A stretch of 27,924 bases of DNA, taken from positions 1 through 27,924 of the IMG/VR virus record IMGVR_UViG_3300034357_000192; one strand, given 5' to 3'. Under the pieces are notes generated by a model. That model had not been told where the DNA came from, did no database searches, and worked only from the letters and a program-made list of their open reading frames with translations. Origin of the DNA: a virus. Its lineage: Duplodnaviria; Caudoviricetes. Below are positions 25,388 to 27,924 of this stretch, in pieces (position 1 is the first letter of the stretch; every line of letters starts with the position of its first letter). The position numbers and the translations under genes are program-made.

Positions 25388-25905
25388 TAGACAACTTGAT
25401 ATTGGAATTGTAAAACACAATATTGAAGATTCACCTCTTGGTCTTTTGTTAATAGACCAACTTCACAAGTATTGTTACCTAAATTTGCGCCAATTGTCAA
25501 ACCTTGTATTTGGTCATAAAATCCATTATAAGAAAATTGTAAAACTCCAATACATTGCTTTTGACTTGTTAAATCAGATGCTACTGGTAATGATAATTCA
25601 AATGAACCAGTATCTTGTAATGGTGCTAATTGTATTTCTAAAAGAACAGAGCAATAAACGATATTACCAATTTTCATATAAGTACCATCTGCACTTGGTA
25701 CTGAAATTCCATTAGCCTCTCCGCTAATAGTTGGTGAATAAGTGCCACTTTCTAATCCAAATGCTGATGCAATATTTTGCACTTGAATCTTTTTTGATGT
25801 GCCTTCAGGACTTTCTGTATTATCATTGACATCCACAATGTATAATAAGTCATCAGATGTTGCTTCACCAAATGATGTTAAATCTGTAATTTTTACTCCA
25901 GCCAT
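25387..25905 (-). CDS. Tail fibre-associated/receptor-binding protein
   Basis: N-terminal KITDL...TSKKI module. The C-terminal GTYSPT...YMKIGNIV...LPV segment resembles fibre tip domains. Confidence 0.65.
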   Translation of the reverse strand: MAGVKITDLTSFGEATSDDLLYIVDVNDNTESPEGTSKKIQVQNIASAFGLESGTYSPTISGEANGISVPSADGTYMKIGNIVYCSVLLEIQLAPLQDTGSFELSLPVASDLTSQKQCIGVLQFSYNGFYDQIQGLTIGANLGNNTCEVGLLTKDQEVNLQYCVLQFQYQVV

Positions 25906-25917
25906 GATTAAAAAGTG

Positions 25918-26424
25918 TTAGTTGTAAACTCGTATTTCGATTGATGTCCATTGAAAATTATCATCATCTCTTAGTAGACCATCAATTCCTGTATATATTC
26001 CTGTGCTTTGAACATAATTGCCAGTTCTTAATATTATATAAGGACTTGAAGTATTAGCTGCTATTCTAAAGAAATTTTTAACATCTCCGTAAACAATTGG
26101 ACTAATAAAGGTCATAACTTTTCTATTGGAAGCTGGTGTTAGCCATTCAGAATTACTTGAAGTATATTCACCAGCAGCATCTCTTATCCATGTAGGTATA
26201 AATCCTAATGTATTTTCCAATATTTCAGCAATTGGATTATCAGTTCCACTTTGTCTCATCAATGCAGAGTATACCTTGTATGGTCTTGCAACATCGCCAA
26301 CCGCAATCTTTTTACTAGTACCTTGAGGACTCTGGTCAAAATCACTAACATCGACTATGTAGAGTAAGTCATCATTTTCTGCCGTAAAAAGTTGGGTTAA
26401 CTCGGTAATTTTTACTCCTGCCAT
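25918..26424 (-). CDS. Tail fibre-associated protein with a paralogous N-terminus
   Basis: KITEL...TSKKI module, then a YKVYSAL.QSGT..P...LENTLG...IEIRVYN domain. Confidence 0.65.
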   Translation of the reverse strand: MAGVKITELTQLFTAENDDLLYIVDVSDFDQSPQGTSKKIAVGDVARPYKVYSALMRQSGTDNPIAEILENTLGFIPTWIRDAAGEYTSSNSEWLTPASNRKVMTFISPIVYGDVKNFFRIAANTSSPYIILRTGNYVQSTGIYTGIDGLLRDDDNFQWTSIEIRVYN

Positions 26425-26428
26425 GATG

Positions 26429-26647
26429 TTAGTTGTTTAGAATGTAGTTGACTGCTTTGGTTGAGTTGGTGAACTTGATGCCGTTGAAGCTAAACTGATT
26501 CACATTAATAAGAAAGACACCCACATTTGTGCCCATGTGTAAGCAGTTCTCATCAACCACTTCGCACAATTCCACTTGCGATGCAATTGCACCAATCACC
26601 GATGTTGTAAAGGTGACATAGCCACCTTCAAGAGTTATGTCTATCAT
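26429..26647 (-). CDS. Hypothetical protein (72 aa)
   Basis: ATGA-coupled to the tail fibre gene. Confidence 0.7.
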   Translation of the reverse strand: MIDITLEGGYVTFTTSVIGAIASQVELCEVVDENCLHMGTNVGVFLINVNQFSFNGIKFTNSTKAVNYILNN

Positions 26648-27924
26648 TGTTTTTGTATTTGGAAATAAGATAAAACTGTTGAATCTCCTGCTGCTGCATT
26701 TTGAATTGCAAAGATTATATACTGGTCAACCGTCCAATTTATATTTGAATTGGTTAATGTTGCATTACCCACAGCAGCATCGTTTTGTAAACTTCCATTT
26801 GCTTGAGCTGTCTGAGTAATAGTTGCGCTTTTTATTATAGCATTTCTATCAATTGCATTATATATTTGAGTATTTGCAATTGTTGCTGATGTCAATATTA
26901 ATGTTGCAGCTGGAGTCACAAGTGAATCAGCAGTATTAATGTAGACTCTCAATGTCATTAAACCGACACCACCAGTCTTACCAACCCTTGCTTTTATCTG
27001 TAAAATATCACCAACCGCAAATGTATTTGCAGGAATTAGCTGACTTACTACCTTGACATTTGTTGTGACTCCAGTTACAGCTGTTTGGTCTGTCGTTGTC
27101 TTGTAAGAAACTCCACCGCCACCACTATACTGCGGAATATTCAAAGTCGCACCCGTCAACGTAGCTGCTCCACTTGTTCCCGTTGTAGTTAATGTGATGG
27201 CGTTCTGCTTGCCGTTGAATGTAGTCCAATCAGCAGAGCTCAATGCACCTCTATTGGCAGCACTTGCCGTTGGTAGGTTGAAGGTATGAGTCGCAGTTGT
27301 GGATGATATTGCAAAGTCAGTTCCACTTGTGCCAACTGCAAGTAGTTGAGTCTGGGCAGTCAGTCCATTTAGCGATGTTAATCCTGTTGAGAATGTTGTG
27401 ATAATCTGGCTTAAGTGATTGTCCTCTGTGTGCATCGTAATTGTGCGCCCACTATGTATCACATAAAATCGCACTGCAAGTCTATCTGTTGCGAGTAGTG
27501 CAGTTTGTGGTACTGCTAATGCAGTCATATATAAATCAATCGCAGTGCCTCCTGTAATATTCTCAGGTGTTGCTGAGTTAGATGCAATCAATGTCAATGT
27601 TGCGCCATCCCACTTGTAAAGTTCAATATAGAATTTAGGATTACCTCCTCCGCTTGATGCGCTAAAGTAAGTTTCAAAGTTCCAATTTCCCGCTGGAATC
27701 TCCAACTGATTTGGGTGATTGGTATCGGTAATAAATGACTGAATATATCCATCTGCATTGATGGTGAAATCAGTTCCGCCTCCAATGATTGGCACTTTGT
27801 TAATTTCACGCATTGCCACACCTCCAAAAGTACCTTGACTCACTGACCCGTTGAGGTAGTAGCTAACTGATGCACCGCCGCCGCTTGATGTCGGAAAGTT
27901 TGCAAGTTGACCATCTCCACGAAT
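26644..27924 (-). CDS. Tail fibre protein, 3' part (starts outside the window)
   Basis: The frame stays open upstream of the tracked GTG to base 27924 (IRGDGQLANFPTSSGGG...). Thr/Gly/Ala-rich, with the fibre motif GALSSADWTTFNGKQ...LNIPQYSGGGG. Confidence 0.8.
   Translation of the reverse strand: MRGDGQLANFPTSSGGGASVSYYLNGSVSQGTFGGVAMREINKVPIIGGGTDFTINADGYIQSFITDTNHPNQLEIPAGNWNFETYFSASSGGGNPKFYIELYKWDGATLTLIASNSATPENITGGTAIDLYMTALAVPQTALLATDRLAVRFYVIHSGRTITMHTEDNHLSQIITTFSTGLTSLNGLTAQTQLLAVGTSGTDFAISSTTATHTFNLPTASAANRGALSSADWTTFNGKQNAITLTTTGTSGAATLTGATLNIPQYSGGGGVSYKTTTDQTAVTGVTTNVKVVSQLIPANTFAVGDILQIKARVGKTGGVGLMTLRVYINTADSLVTPAATLILTSATIANTQIYNAIDRNAIIKSATITQTAQANGSLQNDAAVGNATLTNSNINWTVDQYIIFAIQNAAAGDSTVLSYFQIQKQ

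Noticed and set aside
475-26819. Plus-strand ORFs in the track
   Set aside because: All are antisense shadows of well-supported minus-strand genes, with no recognisable motifs.
1-27924. Stop-codon reassignment (TAG or TGA recoding)
   Set aside because: Long genes are intact under the standard code, and TAG and TGA terminate several tightly packed genes (e.g. at 3298, 19005, 24929 and 11599).
1-27924. Temperate lifestyle or prophage boundaries
   Set aside because: No integrase, clear repressor, att site or host genes are in the window, so lifestyle cannot be determined.

Overview
About 28 kb of an AT-rich tailed dsDNA phage genome with essentially all genes on the minus strand. The host is probably Bacteroidota, judged from TTG-N18/19-TAnnTTTG promoters, A-rich leaders without Shine-Dalgarno sites and the protein families. 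In transcription order (right to left) it holds: tail fibre and receptor-binding genes; a lysis cassette (GH24 endolysin, holin, spanin-like) containing an orphan PAS-HisKA protein; early genes; recombination and replication genes (SSB-like, PD-(D/E)XK exonuclease, VRR-NUC, initiator with iterons, DnaB); terminase; tail chaperone, tape measure and tail genes; a glycosyltransferase and a methyltransferase; and the 5' part of a probable portal gene. The main finding is that the large terminase gene is split inside its Walker A motif (GGAIR|GGKT) by a 41-nt frame-breaking insert. The insert has matching CGA codons at its ends and a GAAA-capped hairpin, making it a candidate programmed translational bypass (ribosome hop). 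Other notable items are a -1 frameshift candidate in the tail chaperone, a kissing-loop/terminator RNA upstream of the replication operon, a tRNA-like element with a defective anticodon arm, a candidate H-type pseudoknot, and a duplicated early promoter-hairpin cassette. All family calls come from motif recognition by eye; no searches or folding programs were run.
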